Below the pieces are notes generated by a model. That model was not told where the DNA came from and ran no database searches. It worked only from the letters and a program-made list of their open reading frames with translations. Below, one piece after another: positions 62,430 to 64,000 of a DNA stretch of 64,000 nt. The position numbers were made by a program, and so were the translations under genes. Each line of letters opens with the position of its first letter. Position 1 is the first letter of the stretch. This DNA is from Perna viridis (lineage: Eukaryota). Where the stretch lies: the NCBI GenBank assembly GCA_037379345.1, contig CM074519.1:41584851-41648850 (forward strand). Direction: 5' to 3'.

Positions 62430-64000
62430 TTGATCTCAGGTACAAGTACACCATTGTTTATATGACAACATTCTTAAAGACAATAGATTCAAGGGAGTAA
62501 ATGTTTTCAAATATCGTAACATAGTATCTACATGCCAAGTTCTTTGATACCTAGGTAAAGATGGTTTGATATTGAAGACCCCTTCAATAAATCTTTTCAC
62601 AAGTGGCCACTGTCCTACAGTTTTAAACTGATCAACTGATATGACTGAAGACAATATACTGCGGGCTGTATTTATGGCACTGTAGACAAGCCACCTTTAT
62701 ACAACATAGTTAAAAATTCTACTACATCTAGTTCAGTTGCTTTATACATATCAATTTGTCTTTCACATCAAAATGACACCCATCTTTGAAGATATGTCCA
62801 ATATTGTGTTTTTGTGTTTCCACGAACTGATAATCCAGAACTTTTAAGGCGTTTCCCGAGATCCTGAAAACTGCTAAATATATTTTCACTAGAGGATGAA
62901 CTTTTTGTTTGTCTAGTGGCTGATACAGAAGATGTTTCCTCTTGGAAATTAGATAGAACTGTGTCACTATTCTGCTCAAAATTTGTGAAATCCAACTCTG
63001 TGTTGTCCACACAGGTGCAATAATTGTCAGATTCGCCTAGTCTTTGTTGACTTTCTGAATTACTCTACCTATCAAACTGAAAGGAGGAAGAAAATAACCG
63101 TTAATATTACACCAATTTACAGAAAAAGCATCAATTGCTTCTGCTGAGATATTTGGTAAGTATTGAAAAATAACGAGGCAACTGGTAATTAGATTTTGAT
63201 GCAAACAAATCCACATCATGTGGTCAATATAGTTTGTTGATTGTTTGAAAAACCTGATCATGTAACTTCCACTCAATATCAATATTGATAGATCTTGATA
63301 ACCTGTCTGCTTCAATGTTTGCAACGGCTGGCAAATGACATGCACTGATCCAAATTTCCTTTGTACACACCAAAGCCATATTTGCTCAGTTAAATTATTC
63401 AATGTTAAAATACGTCCTCCCATTTTGTTAATATAATTAACAGCCACCATGTTATCAAGATACACTTTGATGTGAATATCACTTTTAGATGTAGCAAACC
63501 ATTTCAAAGCTAGCCAAACAGCTTTTAATTCTACGTAATTGATGTGCTCTTGTTTTTCCTCATAAGACCAGAACCCCTTAGTTCGTAACACAGTATCTTC
63601 ACCAAGGGCACCCCAACCATTGCTGGAACTGTAACTTTTTATGACAAGATCTGGATTATATCTCACTATTGATTTATGACTTGATTTGATATTGTTTATC
63701 CAACACTCTAAAACAACAATATTGGTGTTAGATAATTTCATTTTTGCATCAAAATTTCCATATTTCGACTTTAAAATGTGATCTTTAGTAATTTCTAAGG
63801 ATTTTTTGTTGGTCATACTTATAGTCATTTTAACAGAATCAATTTCAAACCCAAAAAACTCTATACGCTGAGTAGGCAGAAAAACAGATTTGTCTGGATG
63901 AACTGTGAATCCGAGATTGTCTAATAGTGTTAATGTTTCAAGACTATTACTGTTACACTGATCAAAAGTATTACCAATTAATAAACTATCATCAGTGTAT
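62430..64000 (-). mobile_element. Decayed DIRS1-type retrotransposon (RT end, RNase H, methyltransferase-like region, overlapping tyrosine recombinase start), running off the right edge
   Basis: YTDDSLLI..LGFTVHPDKSVFLPTQRIEFFGFEIDS; GWGA..GFWS..HINYVELKAV..DNMVAVNYINKMGG; IDAFSVNW..PPFSLIGRVIQKV; YR piece VGQWPLVKRFIEGVFNIKPSLPRYQRTW. Several frameshifts. Confidence 0.88.

Overview
Eukaryotic, AT-rich, intron-containing DNA. It is most likely a bivalve mollusc (oyster-like); this is inferred from the TE families, the TRIM-NHL gene type and the abundant TACATGTA motif, and is not proven. No prokaryotic features, CRISPR, tRNA or rRNA were found. Genes reconstructed by hand from GT-AG junctions with consistent phases: a single-coding-exon TRIM-NHL E3 ligase (+), two convergent orphan genes, YDJC (-, 5 exons), delta-tubulin TUBD1 (-, 5 coding exons), MRPL50 (+, 4 exons, head-to-head with TUBD1), a small secreted Kazal inhibitor absent from the ORF track (-, 3 exons), and a cytoplasmic death-fold/CARD-Ig-Ig-coiled-coil gene (-, 6 exons). 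Mobile DNA: an intact LINE ORF1, a decayed CR1-type RT, eight fragments of one Penelope-like (Naiad-type) family, a full-length non-tRNA SINE with a 15-bp TSD, a pogo/Tigger deletion derivative, decayed DIRS and Ngaro elements, and several MITEs. Best leads: (1) a minisatellite made of 26 tandem copies of the TUBD1 exon/intron junction, in which only the first donor gives a productive mRNA; (2) a SINE whose head is a compact double-pseudoknot RNA, a ribozyme candidate; (3) the CARD-Ig-Ig-coiled-coil gene with a kappaB site at its start; (4) a Kazal gene with TGA at the position of its sixth cysteine.
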